Assembly: GCA_964627245.1 (NCBI GenBank) | Contig: CAZVGS010000001.1 | Span: 25,256 to 89,255 of the forward strand | Length of the DNA: 64,000 nucleotides | Direction of reading: 5' to 3' | Source of the DNA: an uncultured Gammaproteobacteria bacterium | Lineage (GTDB): Bacteria > Patescibacteriota > Microgenomatia > Levybacterales > GWA1-39-11 | In this document: positions 46,094 to 55,010 of the stretch, piece after piece | Layout of the letters: every line of letters begins with the position of its first letter | Numbering within the stretch: position 1 is the stretch's first letter | Notes under the pieces: model-generated | Seen by the model: the letters and a program-made list of their open reading frames with translations, nothing else | Database searches by the model: none | What the model was told of the DNA's origin: nothing | Program-made: the position numbers and the translations under genes

Positions 46094-47488
46094 CTAAACG
46101 CTAAAGAAGTTTTGTTTTGTATTCAACCAGAAATTCTCCTGACGGGTCAAATATTTGACGTCAGCTGAGTTGTCTAGCATAAATTTTATAGCCTCCTCAA
46201 GATAAAGTGTGTTTTGAGAACCCTTGACTAAAATAATTGCATCCTGGGGTAATTCTTCTTTCAAATGAAGCCCTGCCTGAACTGCATTCTTATACCACAC
46301 AACATTTTGTGTCCGGTTCTTACGGCCGGAGTATGATTTAACAACAGGAACAATATATTCTTGGGTCAATGGTCCTACACAATAAAGCTGATCTACGCAT
46401 TTGGCAATCGCATGGGCAACTTCTTCATGCTCTCCTTTTGCCTCATTTCCTAGCTCCCGCATATCTCCCATCAAAAAAACTGTCGGTTTTTTCGTCTTGT
46501 TTTTCAATATTTTTAATAGCGATAGAAAAGAAAGCACAGTGGATTTTGATGAATTGTATGAGGAATCGATAATTATAGAATTTTTAATTCCCTTCAAAAG
46601 GGTAGATCTTCCTTTAGGTAGTGCAAAATTTTTCTCCAGAGACTCTTTTATCTGAGAGTATGAAAGACCAAGCGCGTGGCATGCTAAGATAACTGCGCCA
46701 AATCCTTCTTGCGATACTGGAGGTAGCAACATATCCGAAAATGATAACTCAAGAGTACTTCTTTTTTGCCTTGAGTTAACCAAATAAGTAAATTTGGTCC
46801 TTTTTAGTGAAATATCATACCCGTTGAATGATATTGTATTCTTCTTTTCTTTTCCGAATGTAAGAAGAGTTACTGTCGCCCTGTCAGCATTTTTTTCGAT
46901 ATTTTTTGAAAGCAGGTGGTCATCACTATTATAAATGCCTATCTTCGTATATCCGTTTGTAATAATTTTACTATCCTCCTGTGCAATCTTTCCGACTAAA
47001 AAATCAAGCGAATTTTTGTATTTTTTCTGCAAAAGCTTCTCAAACTGTAAAGTATGAGTGGCAGTTGCATTAAGATCAATTGCCATATCAGGCTTAATAA
47101 TTGTAAGCAAATATGACATATTTTTCGGAGGTTCGGGATCGTCTATTCCCATCTCCACGACCAAATATTGGATTCCCTTGAGGTTAAAAATTCGAACAGG
47201 CGCTTTTAGCAACGTTTTTAGCCAATTTTTTTTATTAAACCCGTCAATTTCAATACCAAGAATTCCAAGAGGAATTCCGGTTTCTGAATTTCCGCTTACT
47301 ACCTTAACTAAAAAGTAGTCTTTCAAAACGGCAAATAAAGCATTTCTTGTGGAAGACTTGCCAACGGATCCGGCCACTCCAATAACATACGGTTTGTGAA
47401 TATAAAGGGCAAGCCTCGCCCAAAATCGCAAGTAGTATAAAACACACCAAACTGCAAAATTACGCATAAGGATATTATACAGCCTCAA
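46094..47488 (-). CDS. Mur ligase family protein (MurF-like)
   Basis: P-loop VIGVAGSVGKSST and MGDMRELG (MurF-like GDMxELG signature). Confidence 0.65.
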   Translation of the reverse strand: MRLYNILMRNFAVWCVLYYLRFWARLALYIHKPYVIGVAGSVGKSSTRNALFAVLKDYFLVKVVSGNSETGIPLGILGIEIDGFNKKNWLKTLLKAPVRIFNLKGIQYLVVEMGIDDPEPPKNMSYLLTIIKPDMAIDLNATATHTLQFEKLLQKKYKNSLDFLVGKIAQEDSKIITNGYTKIGIYNSDDHLLSKNIEKNADRATVTLLTFGKEKKNTISFNGYDISLKRTKFTYLVNSRQKRSTLELSFSDMLLPPVSQEGFGAVILACHALGLSYSQIKESLEKNFALPKGRSTLLKGIKNSIIIDSSYNSSKSTVLSFLSLLKILKNKTKKPTVFLMGDMRELGNEAKGEHEEVAHAIAKCVDQLYCVGPLTQEYIVPVVKSYSGRKNRTQNVVWYKNAVQAGLHLKEELPQDAIILVKGSQNTLYLEEAIKFMLDNSADVKYLTRQENFWLNTKQNFFSV

Positions 47489-47545
47489 TCAATTTTAGCC
47501 TAATTTCGAAATAATACTTGACTAACATTTGTCATCTAATATATA

Positions 47546-48043
47546 TTGGTACTCATGGATGATACAAAAGACGAAGTCGTAATTGACGGACAACTTGAGG
47601 AGACGTCTCAGGAAAATCTACCCGTAGCAACGGTGGAACAAGCTCAACCTGAAAATCAAGCGGAGCTTGTCGTGAGCCTCACGAATTTAATTAATTCTAA
47701 TTTGACGGAAATTGAGAATATTGAAAAAGAAATTTCCCAAACAAAAGAAATGGTTGATAGCGTGCTGGCCAATGATGAAACTTATCAAAAACATGCTGAA
47801 GCCTCAAAGGAAGCATCGAGAATAAAAGGAAACACAAAGAAGGAAATTTTCAAAAGACCAGACGTCAAGCACGTTGTTGAAAAGTTGACCGAGCTGAAAG
47901 ACAATTTGTCAGATACTCGGGGGGAGTTATCAAATTACATACAGGAATACGCTCAAGCATCAGGTCAAAATTACTTTGAGGCCGAAGATGGAACAATCCA
48001 GGAGATTGTTTACGTTGCAAAGCTCCGCAAAAAATCCGCATAA
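47546..48043 (+). CDS. Acidic hypothetical protein
   Basis: 165 aa, Glu/Asp-rich. A TTGACT/TATATA promoter abuts the ATG, so the mRNA is probably leaderless from MDDTKDE. Confidence 0.4.
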   Translation: MVLMDDTKDEVVIDGQLEETSQENLPVATVEQAQPENQAELVVSLTNLINSNLTEIENIEKEISQTKEMVDSVLANDETYQKHAEASKEASRIKGNTKKEIFKRPDVKHVVEKLTELKDNLSDTRGELSNYIQEYAQASGQNYFEAEDGTIQEIVYVAKLRKKSA

Positions 48044-48192
48044 TTTGCTTTTTGTCTTTTCCAATTAATATAAGGTCATCTTTTTTAGTGAACGTAATGA
48101 TAAATTTAGACTAATCAAGCTATCAGATCAGAAAATTCAAGTGCATAAAATTTGAGTTGAAAAAAAATAGAAAAATCGCATAAAGAAAAATT

Positions 48193-48288
48193 ACAAAAAA
48201 AATACCGCAGGTTAATGAATATCATTCTGAAATTTTTCAGAACCTTTCGCTGAATTACTTCAGCACAATATTCATACCACCTGCGGTA
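48193..48288 (-). terminator. Large compound hairpin followed by a U-tract after the RRM-protein gene
   Basis: ACCGCAGGT...ACCTGCGGT (9-bp outer stem) encloses two inner hairpins (GCTGAAgtaatTTCAGC and TTCTGAAAaaTTTCAGAA). On the minus strand it is followed by TTTTTTTTGTAATTTTT. Confidence 0.5.
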
Positions 48289-48295
48289 CAATTTT

Positions 48296-48649
48296 TTAAT
48301 TTCTGTCCCAGCCTCCTCTGTCTCCTCCGCGTCTATCGTCTCGTCCTCCGCGTCTATCAAATCCTCCTCTTCCGCCTCCAAAGCCTCCGCCTTGTGGTCT
48401 CTCCTCTCTAGGTCTTGCAACTGAAACAAAAATTGTTCTGTCTCCCATTGCCGATTTATCAAGAGCAGTTATTGCTTCTTGAGCTTTAGCATCATCTTCA
48501 AGTTCTACGAACCCAAAGCCTTTGCTTCTTCCGCTATCTCGGTCTGTAATTAGAGTTGCAGATAATACATTTCCGTACTCGGAAAATATAGTCTTCAATT
48601 CATCTTCTGTTGTTTGGTATGGTAAATTACCAACATAAAGTTTTGTCAT
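48296..48649 (-). CDS. RRM-domain RNA-binding protein with a Gly/Arg-rich tail
   Basis: RNP-2 LYVGNL and RNP-1 KGFGFVEL. RGG repeats at the C-terminus. Confidence 0.9.
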   Translation of the reverse strand: MTKLYVGNLPYQTTEDELKTIFSEYGNVLSATLITDRDSGRSKGFGFVELEDDAKAQEAITALDKSAMGDRTIFVSVARPREERPQGGGFGGGRGGFDRRGGRDDRRGGDRGGWDRN

Positions 48650-48927
48650 AAAATGTTCACCACCTTTCTTTTTCGGATAATTAGTTTATGTGTGTCTATA
48701 GGTACTGAGGCTAAATGCGGAACTTTCCTTCTTAGCTATTGTATTATAGCATAAATAAATTAGTTGCGATATCAAAGTATCCGAGAATATATTGCTTGTA
48801 CTTTTTTTACTCAATTTTTTGCTTCAAAATTTTGCGTGAAGCGCTATATTTTTCATGAGAGTAAAATGTTGTAAGTATATAGTTTTGCGCTTATTGACAA
48901 TAAATTTTTTTGATCATATCATGAAGT

Positions 48928-48988
48928 AGTTTTGGGCTGCCTTAAATTACAACCCGGTTCTTGTATAAAGACTGGGTTGTTTTTTGTT
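48928..48988 (+). ncRNA. Candidate small RNA: plus-strand promoter then ~60 nt ending in an intrinsic terminator
   Basis: TTGACAataaatttttttgatcaTATCAT (48893-48921). A predicted transcript GAAGUAGUUUUGGGCUGCC... follows. It ends with an AACCCGG/CTGGGTT hairpin and a GTTTTTTG U-tract on the plus strand. No ORF. Confidence 0.3.
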
Positions 48989-49620
48989 TAGGTGGATTTT
49001 TTTGTTAAAACGAGTGACCAAGCAAAAGGATGTTTGCTTTTTACTACAGTCAAGCCTTGCTTTCTAAGAAATTTTTCAAATCCCCACGCGCTCCAGTGAT
49101 TTATATGTTCGGGGTGATTTCCAAAATTTCTAATATATTTTCCCCTCATGAAGTTAGCACCTATAAAAAGGGGCTCATTTGGAACTGAAAAGATAAGGTA
49201 TTTTCTCGTCACTCTTTTAATTTCTTCAACTGCCCGCTCAGGATTTTCTAGATGCTCCAAGACCTCGGTGCAAAGCGATAAATCAAAGCTGTTGTCTTTA
49301 TATTTAAGATCATAAATATCTCCTTCAAAAAGACTAAGATGAGGGTAAATTTTCTTTCCTATTTTAATGGCATCTTTGGAGTAGTCAATACCCTCGTTTT
49401 TATTACCGATTTTCTTCTCCTCAAGTTTTTTCAGAGTAAAACCCTCACCACAACCCACATCAAGAATACTCTGCGCTTTAAGAGGCTTTATCATCTTAAA
49501 AAGAGTCTTGTAGAAATTGTCAATCAAAGCCCTCTGGATGGGATTTTGATTTTGATGTTTTAGGAAGTTTGTTGTTTCGGGCACAAGTGTCATTATAAAG
49601 CTTTTGATGCTTACCATCAA
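48988..49620 (-). CDS. Class I SAM-dependent methyltransferase
   Basis: Motif I ILDVGCGEGFTLKKL and an acidic motif II. Possibly starts at M10. Confidence 0.8.
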   Translation of the reverse strand: MMVSIKSFIMTLVPETTNFLKHQNQNPIQRALIDNFYKTLFKMIKPLKAQSILDVGCGEGFTLKKLEEKKIGNKNEGIDYSKDAIKIGKKIYPHLSLFEGDIYDLKYKDNSFDLSLCTEVLEHLENPERAVEEIKRVTRKYLIFSVPNEPLFIGANFMRGKYIRNFGNHPEHINHWSAWGFEKFLRKQGLTVVKSKHPFAWSLVLTKKST

Positions 49621-49651
49621 TCACAAACAAAAATTGCTATACTGTATTTTT

Positions 49652-50611
49652 ATGAAGGTACTTGGCAATTTTCTATTCTGGTTTATTGTTATTCTTATAA
49701 CTTCAAACATCATACTCATGGTTTTTTCTTATAAAGGCACCAGCCTGAATATTAATACTTTAGCTTCCCCTTTACCTAAAATTATAACTGACACCTTCAA
49801 TAGAAATTCTTTTTTTTGGCAGCCTAATTTTACTGCTAAAGCAAGCTCTTCTGAGAATTTGGGACTTACAGCTATGAGCGCGATTTCCTACGATACTGCA
49901 ACAGACAAGCTTTTGTATGAAAAAAAATCGGGAGAAAGACTGCCAATGGCCTCTTTAACAAAAATTATGACTGCCATAATTGCACTTGAAAATTTAAATC
50001 TTTCTGAAAAAGTAGTTGTTACAAAAAACGCTTCTGAAATAGGGGAAGGAACAATGGGTCTTTCGGATGGTGAAAGTCTTACAGTAAATGAACTACTCTA
50101 TGGACTGCTTCTTCAATCTGGGAATGATGCAGCTGAAACCATTGCCCAAACCAGTAAGTTTGGCAGATCCCGTTTTTTACATTTAATGAATAAAAAGGCA
50201 GAAGACCTGGGCCTTTCAAACACTAGATTTACCAACCCCTCAGGTCTTGAGGGAGATGGAGAACAGTACTCCACCGGAAAAGATCTTGTCGTTTTGACAA
50301 ATTATGCTATGAAAAACCCGGAATTTGCAAAAATTGTAGGAACATATGAGTACGTTATCCCACAGACTCAAGAACATAAAGAATTTCATCTCTTCAACGA
50401 AACCAATCTATTAACAACCTACCCCGGGGTTAAGGGTGTCAAAACAGGATATACTTATGAGGCAGGACTTTGCCTTGTTACCTACTTGGACTATGAGGGA
50501 CACAAAATTATCGCAGTGCTTCTGAATAGTCAAAACCGCCGCGAAGAAATGGCAGAACTTCTGGACTACAGCCTAAGAGAACTTGAAATAGAACCGCCAG
50601 AAAGAAGCTAA
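49652..50611 (+). CDS. D-alanyl-D-alanine carboxypeptidase (peptidase S11, PBP5-like)
   Basis: SxxK (ASLTKIM), SGN (LQSGND) and KTG (VKTGYT) motifs. Start chosen at MKVLGNF to avoid a 5' overlap with the divergent gene. Confidence 0.8.
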   Translation: MKVLGNFLFWFIVILITSNIILMVFSYKGTSLNINTLASPLPKIITDTFNRNSFFWQPNFTAKASSSENLGLTAMSAISYDTATDKLLYEKKSGERLPMASLTKIMTAIIALENLNLSEKVVVTKNASEIGEGTMGLSDGESLTVNELLYGLLLQSGNDAAETIAQTSKFGRSRFLHLMNKKAEDLGLSNTRFTNPSGLEGDGEQYSTGKDLVVLTNYAMKNPEFAKIVGTYEYVIPQTQEHKEFHLFNETNLLTTYPGVKGVKTGYTYEAGLCLVTYLDYEGHKIIAVLLNSQNRREEMAELLDYSLRELEIEPPERS

Positions 50612-50648
50612 TTTTTTATACATTAAGTCTTTCCTCAAAAACCTTTTT

Positions 50649-50731
50649 GTGCCTGAGGTGGGACTCGAACCCACATCGGGAAACCCGACACGCTCTTAAG
50701 GCGTGCGTGTATACCATTCCACCACTCAGGC
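50649..50731 (-). tRNA. tRNA-Leu (anticodon TAA)
   Basis: Reverse complement reads GCCTGAGTGGTGGAATGGTATACACGCACGCCTTAAGAGCGTGTCGGGTTTCCCGATGTGGGTTCGAGTCCCACCTCAGGCA. Confidence 0.85.
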
Positions 50732-50773
50732 GCTTAAGTATTTTAGTATTAGTAAGACCTAAAAACAACCTTG

Positions 50774-51373
50774 TTACTTTATGTTGTTTTTCAGAAATTC
50801 AATTATTCTTTCGTGATAATTATAAAAGATCCACATGTTAAGAATTATTAACCCGGGAAATACTATTCCTTTTTCAATAAAACTTCCGGTATGAAATCTC
50901 AATGCCTTAACAGGAGGAATACCGAATTTTATTGGAATCGGGAAAAACCACGGAACACCGCCATGCGTAAAGCTATCTGCAACCAAATGTGACACCACGC
51001 CAATCATAAAAGACCACCACACAACATTACCATCAACTATCAGCACATTTGAAGTCAAAGTCAAAAACAGTTTTGAAATAACACCAAAAAAAACAATTCC
51101 CAAGACAGAATGAGAGATGTGTCTATGACCTCCGAATATTGGGGCTAAAACCTTACCCAACAATCTTCCAAGCCTCACCCTTTTCCAGAGTGTGCCTGTT
51201 GACTGGTCTATATCAGGCGCAAGTCCGCCTATCATATTGGCCGAAAAGGCTATAAAGGCTGTGGCCAAAGTCATTTGTCCAACCGGCTGGGTCGCTACAA
51301 TAAAAGACATAGCAGTAAATGCAGTAAGGTCATGAGTTCTTCCGGTCATACTAATCCTTGAGGTTTTCTTCAA
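50774..51373 (-). CDS. Membrane-bound metal-dependent hydrolase (DUF457/YdjM-like)
   Basis: His-rich TM protein: HRHISHS...HLVADSFTHGG. Confidence 0.6.
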   Translation of the reverse strand: MKKTSRISMTGRTHDLTAFTAMSFIVATQPVGQMTLATAFIAFSANMIGGLAPDIDQSTGTLWKRVRLGRLLGKVLAPIFGGHRHISHSVLGIVFFGVISKLFLTLTSNVLIVDGNVVWWSFMIGVVSHLVADSFTHGGVPWFFPIPIKFGIPPVKALRFHTGSFIEKGIVFPGLIILNMWIFYNYHERIIEFLKNNIK

Positions 51374-52238
51374 AAAAAGCGTCTAAAAGCTCCAAATACT
51401 TGTCAGGGTTTTTAATGTAGGTTTCGACATGTCCGGTATTTGGAAATGTAACTCTTTTTGCGTTTGTTACCATATTGAAAAGTTCTTCTGAATTAGAAGG
51501 CGCGATTAAAGTATCGCTTTCTCCATGAAGGAACAGAAGCGGAGTATTGCCAAGCAAAGAGATTTTATCAATAGGTCTTACCCTATCAATGTCTATATCA
51601 AAAAATAGCCTGGCTGCCAAAAAAGACCCGGGGTATAAAAAGCGAGGCACACTATGATCATCTTCCATTATATTTGAAACTATACTTTTGATTTCTGAGG
51701 CCGGGCTATCAAGAACTACAGCACCTGCATCCTTAATATCATTTCCGGCCATGATTGTTGCAATTGCACCCAATGAGTCACTAATAATCCCAATACTCTC
51801 AGGCTTGAACTCCTGCTTAATCAAATAATTGAAAGCCCCTGCAACATCATCTGCCTCATGCTGACCAAAACTTATCCTGACTTTTTGAGATTCTCCTATT
51901 CCTCGGAGGTCAAACATCAAAAGAGAATACCCTTGCTCATAAAAATGCTTTGCTATTTCAGGTGCCCCGTAGACCTCATTGGCTCTATTTTGGTTCCCCG
52001 CCCCGTGTACAAAAATTATCGCTTTGTCATTAACTCCTCTAAAATACCAGCCAGCAAGCTGAACATTATCCTTTGACCGGAAAACAACGTCTGCCACCCT
52101 TTCACCTATGAGCTTTTTGTCGTACTTAATAGGAGTTTCAGCGGGCGATGTCAGTGTTGATGCTATATACAAACTAACCCCGCCGTAGAGTGAAAGAAGA
52201 AAGACTATTACAGCTGAGATAAGTACTGTTAACCCCAT
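51351..52238 (-). CDS. Alpha/beta-fold hydrolase
   Basis: N-terminal TM. Nucleophile elbow GIISDSLGA (GxSxG) and a C-terminal His. Confidence 0.7.
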   Translation of the reverse strand: MGLTVLISAVIVFLLSLYGGVSLYIASTLTSPAETPIKYDKKLIGERVADVVFRSKDNVQLAGWYFRGVNDKAIIFVHGAGNQNRANEVYGAPEIAKHFYEQGYSLLMFDLRGIGESQKVRISFGQHEADDVAGAFNYLIKQEFKPESIGIISDSLGAIATIMAGNDIKDAGAVVLDSPASEIKSIVSNIMEDDHSVPRFLYPGSFLAARLFFDIDIDRVRPIDKISLLGNTPLLFLHGESDTLIAPSNSEELFNMVTNAKRVTFPNTGHVETYIKNPDKYLELLDAFFEENLKD

Positions 52239-52253
52239 ATTAAGATATTATCA

Positions 52254-53456
52254 CTAATCCCAGTCTTTCCGATAGTACTTTTTACCTTTGAGGCTTTTTG
52301 GAAGATATTCCTGCTCCGCTTTTTTTCCGGTTTCTTTTTCAACTTTCCAAGCGTATCTTGTGTGATCCTTCCCGTATCCCAGCCCTTTCATAACCTTATT
52401 TGAGGCGTTTCTAAGGTGAAAAGGTATTTCGGGTAAATTTTCTATCTCAACATCGTTTAAGGCTTCAAATATACCATTTGTCGATGCAATAGATTTCTTA
52501 GCAGAAGCCAAAAAAGTAGCGCACTGGGAAAGTATAAGCTGCGACTCAGGCATTCCTATCATGGTTACAGCAGACATTGCACTTGTTGCAACGACAAGAG
52601 CAGTAGGCTGGGCATTTCCAATATCTTCTGAGGCAAAAATGACCATTCTGCGCGCAATAAATAAAGGGTCCTCCCCCGCTTTTATCATCCGTGCCAAATA
52701 GTGAAGGGTTGCATCAGGATCGCTTCCCCTCATAGACTTTATAAAGGCCGATATTGTGTCGTAGTGATAATCCCCTTTTTTGTCATAATAGACAGCCCTT
52801 CTCTGAACCGCTTCTTCAGCTACTTCAAGGTCAAGCTTATCTGCTAAAATTACTGCCTGCTCAACAGCATTTATGGCAAATCTGGCGTCACCATTGGAAT
52901 AATTAACTATATGATCAACAAATTCCTTGCCGTACTTCACCTTAGGATAATTTTTTAATGCTTTTAAGACAACCTTTCTTATGTCCTTATTTTCTAAAGA
53001 TTTCAAAACAAAAAGACTTGATCTTGAGAGAAGAGGCGCATTTATCCTGAACCCTGGGTTTTCAGTGGTTGCACCTATCAAAACAATCGTCCCGTTTTCA
53101 ACATGAGGCAAAAAAGCATCCTGCTGGGATTTATTAAACCTGTGTATCTCATCGACAAACAAAATTGTCTGCTTTCCCATTTTCCCGACCTCGCGTGCCT
53201 TTTCGATAACTTTTCTGACATCCGCAACTCCTGAGGTGACGGCAGAGAAAAAAACAAAGTCCGCTTTGACTGAATTTGCAATAACAGTTGCCAGGGTTGT
53301 TTTGCCGGATCCGGGAGGTCCCCAAAACATCATCGAAGTTATTTTCCCCGATTCTATCATTGATCTTATCGGCTTACCCTTACCGACCAAATGCTCTTGA
53401 CCGATAATCTGAGTGATCTTTTGAGGGCGCAAAACCTCTGCCAAGGGTTTTTCCAT
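52254..53456 (-). CDS. rarA: Replication-associated recombination protein A (AAA+ ATPase)
   Basis: Walker A FWGPPGSGKTT and Walker B ILFVDEIHRF, plus a MgsA C-terminal region. Start chosen at MEKPLAEV. Confidence 0.88.
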   Translation of the reverse strand: MEKPLAEVLRPQKITQIIGQEHLVGKGKPIRSMIESGKITSMMFWGPPGSGKTTLATVIANSVKADFVFFSAVTSGVADVRKVIEKAREVGKMGKQTILFVDEIHRFNKSQQDAFLPHVENGTIVLIGATTENPGFRINAPLLSRSSLFVLKSLENKDIRKVVLKALKNYPKVKYGKEFVDHIVNYSNGDARFAINAVEQAVILADKLDLEVAEEAVQRRAVYYDKKGDYHYDTISAFIKSMRGSDPDATLHYLARMIKAGEDPLFIARRMVIFASEDIGNAQPTALVVATSAMSAVTMIGMPESQLILSQCATFLASAKKSIASTNGIFEALNDVEIENLPEIPFHLRNASNKVMKGLGYGKDHTRYAWKVEKETGKKAEQEYLPKSLKGKKYYRKDWD

Positions 53457-53536
53457 AGGGTAATTGTACCACCAACAGCAAGCTGTCTCGTGGCATAACA
53501 CATTCTATGCTGAATTTTTGGTAAAATAGGATTCTC

Positions 53537-53608
53537 GGGCCCATGGCTCAATGGTAGAGTACTTCCATGGCATGGAAGGGGTTAGGAGTTCGAATCTCCT
53601 TGGGTCCA
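53537..53608 (+). tRNA. tRNA-Ala (anticodon GGC)
   Basis: GGGCCCATGGCTCAATGGTAGAGTACTTCCATGGCATGGAAGGGGTTAGGAGTTCGAATCTCCTTGGGTCCA. The G3:U70 alanine identity pair is present. Confidence 0.85.
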
Positions 53609-53664
53609 CAAAGGTAGTTTCTTTCAGGTAACTTATTGACAAAAAAGAATGCGCGTGACATAGT

Positions 53665-54159
53665 ATGGACATGGAAAATCAGGCTCCAGCTCCAAAATCT
53701 TCATCAAAAACACCCATTATCCTCATTTCCGTGGTAGTTTTGATAATAATTGTCGGAGCTATTGTTTTCGCAATGTCCAACAAGCAGGAGGTTAACCAGA
53801 CAGCGGTTGACCAGACACCTGCTCCTACTTCCCAAGAAGTTGAAGCAACATCAGCAGGAGTTGAGTACAACAATGGCACCTATGACGCAGTAGGCAACTA
53901 CACTTCTCCCGGCGGAGAAGAGACCATCGACGTTACCCTGACACTTGCAGATGGCGTTATAACTGATGCAACAGTTGCATCAAATGCTACACGCCCAATT
54001 TCAAAACAAATGCAGTCCGCATTTATTGAAGGGTTCAAAGAACAGGTTGTTGGAAAAAACATTGATGAGGTCAATGTTACCAAGGTTTCAAGTTCATCAC
54101 TTACTCCAAAAGGATTTATGGACGCACTGGAAAAGGTTAAAACTCAAGCATCTGCTTAA
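53665..54159 (+). CDS. FMN-binding domain protein (membrane-anchored, extracytoplasmic)
   Basis: N-terminal TM, then a ~110-aa domain ending ...VTKVSSSSLTPKGFMDALEK. This resembles FMN_bind domains, which are flavinylated at a Thr/Ser. Confidence 0.6.
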   Translation: MDMENQAPAPKSSSKTPIILISVVVLIIIVGAIVFAMSNKQEVNQTAVDQTPAPTSQEVEATSAGVEYNNGTYDAVGNYTSPGGEETIDVTLTLADGVITDATVASNATRPISKQMQSAFIEGFKEQVVGKNIDEVNVTKVSSSSLTPKGFMDALEKVKTQASA

Positions 54160-55010
54160 TGCACTCCTTCTCATTTGAGGCAATCGGAACCCAATGGACA
54201 GTAGATATACCCGAAGAAAATAACCGCCTCATACAAGAAATACTTAGACTAATTGCTTCATTTGACAATACATACTCAAGATTCCGTAAAGACTCAACCA
54301 TCTCTAAAATTTCAAATAAGATCGGCAGGCACAAAGCACCCGCTGATTTTTTACCGCTTAAAGAAATTTATGAGAAACTTTATTTTCTAACGGACGGCCT
54401 TTTTACTCCGCTTGTCGGCTCACTTCTTGAGGATGCAGGATACGACAGCACTTACTCATTAATACCTAAAACCCTCAAGCCTATAGGAGAATTGGGAAAG
54501 TCAGTGATTTTTGCAGACTTAAATATTGATACTCTAGAGCCAATTACCCTTGATTTTGGGGCTTGCGGAAAAGGTTATCTCGTCGACAAAGTTGCTCATT
54601 TAATAAGCAAAAAAGGTGTAAAAAATTATTGCATAGATGCCGGAGGGGACATACTTGTCAAAGACACAGAAGTAACCCGCATTGGTCTTGAGCATCCCGA
54701 GGATGCCGGCAAGGTCATTGGTGTTGCTGAAATTAAGAATATGAGCATTTGCTCATCCTCAGGAAATAGAAGGAAGTGGGGGTCATATCACCATATATTA
54801 AATCCTAAGACGCTAAAACCTGCAGATGAGATCATAGCAACTTGGGTTGTAGCGGAAAAAACTATAGATGCAGACGCTTTAGCCACGGCTCTTTTTTTAC
54901 TGCCAAAGCCCGAAAGATACAAAGACTTCAAATTTGAGTATGTAATGTTGTATAAAGATTATAGTGCCATAAAATCACTAAATTTCCCAGGGCAATTATT
55001 TACAGCATGA
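54159..55010 (+). CDS. apbE: FAD:protein FMN transferase (ApbE family)
   Basis: MHSFSFEAIGTQWTVDI..., GACGKGY and IDAGGD are typical ApbE segments. Confidence 0.85.
   Translation: MHSFSFEAIGTQWTVDIPEENNRLIQEILRLIASFDNTYSRFRKDSTISKISNKIGRHKAPADFLPLKEIYEKLYFLTDGLFTPLVGSLLEDAGYDSTYSLIPKTLKPIGELGKSVIFADLNIDTLEPITLDFGACGKGYLVDKVAHLISKKGVKNYCIDAGGDILVKDTEVTRIGLEHPEDAGKVIGVAEIKNMSICSSSGNRRKWGSYHHILNPKTLKPADEIIATWVVAEKTIDADALATALFLLPKPERYKDFKFEYVMLYKDYSAIKSLNFPGQLFTA

Noticed and set aside
48115-48462. 115-aa minus-strand ORF overlapping the RRM gene 3' end and its terminator
   Set aside because: An alternative frame running through the Gly/Arg-rich tail and the compound hairpin. No start context. 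The RRM frame is clearly the real one.
50647-50841. 64-aa plus-strand ORF
   Set aside because: It covers the tRNA-Leu(TAA) gene on the opposite strand. Spurious.
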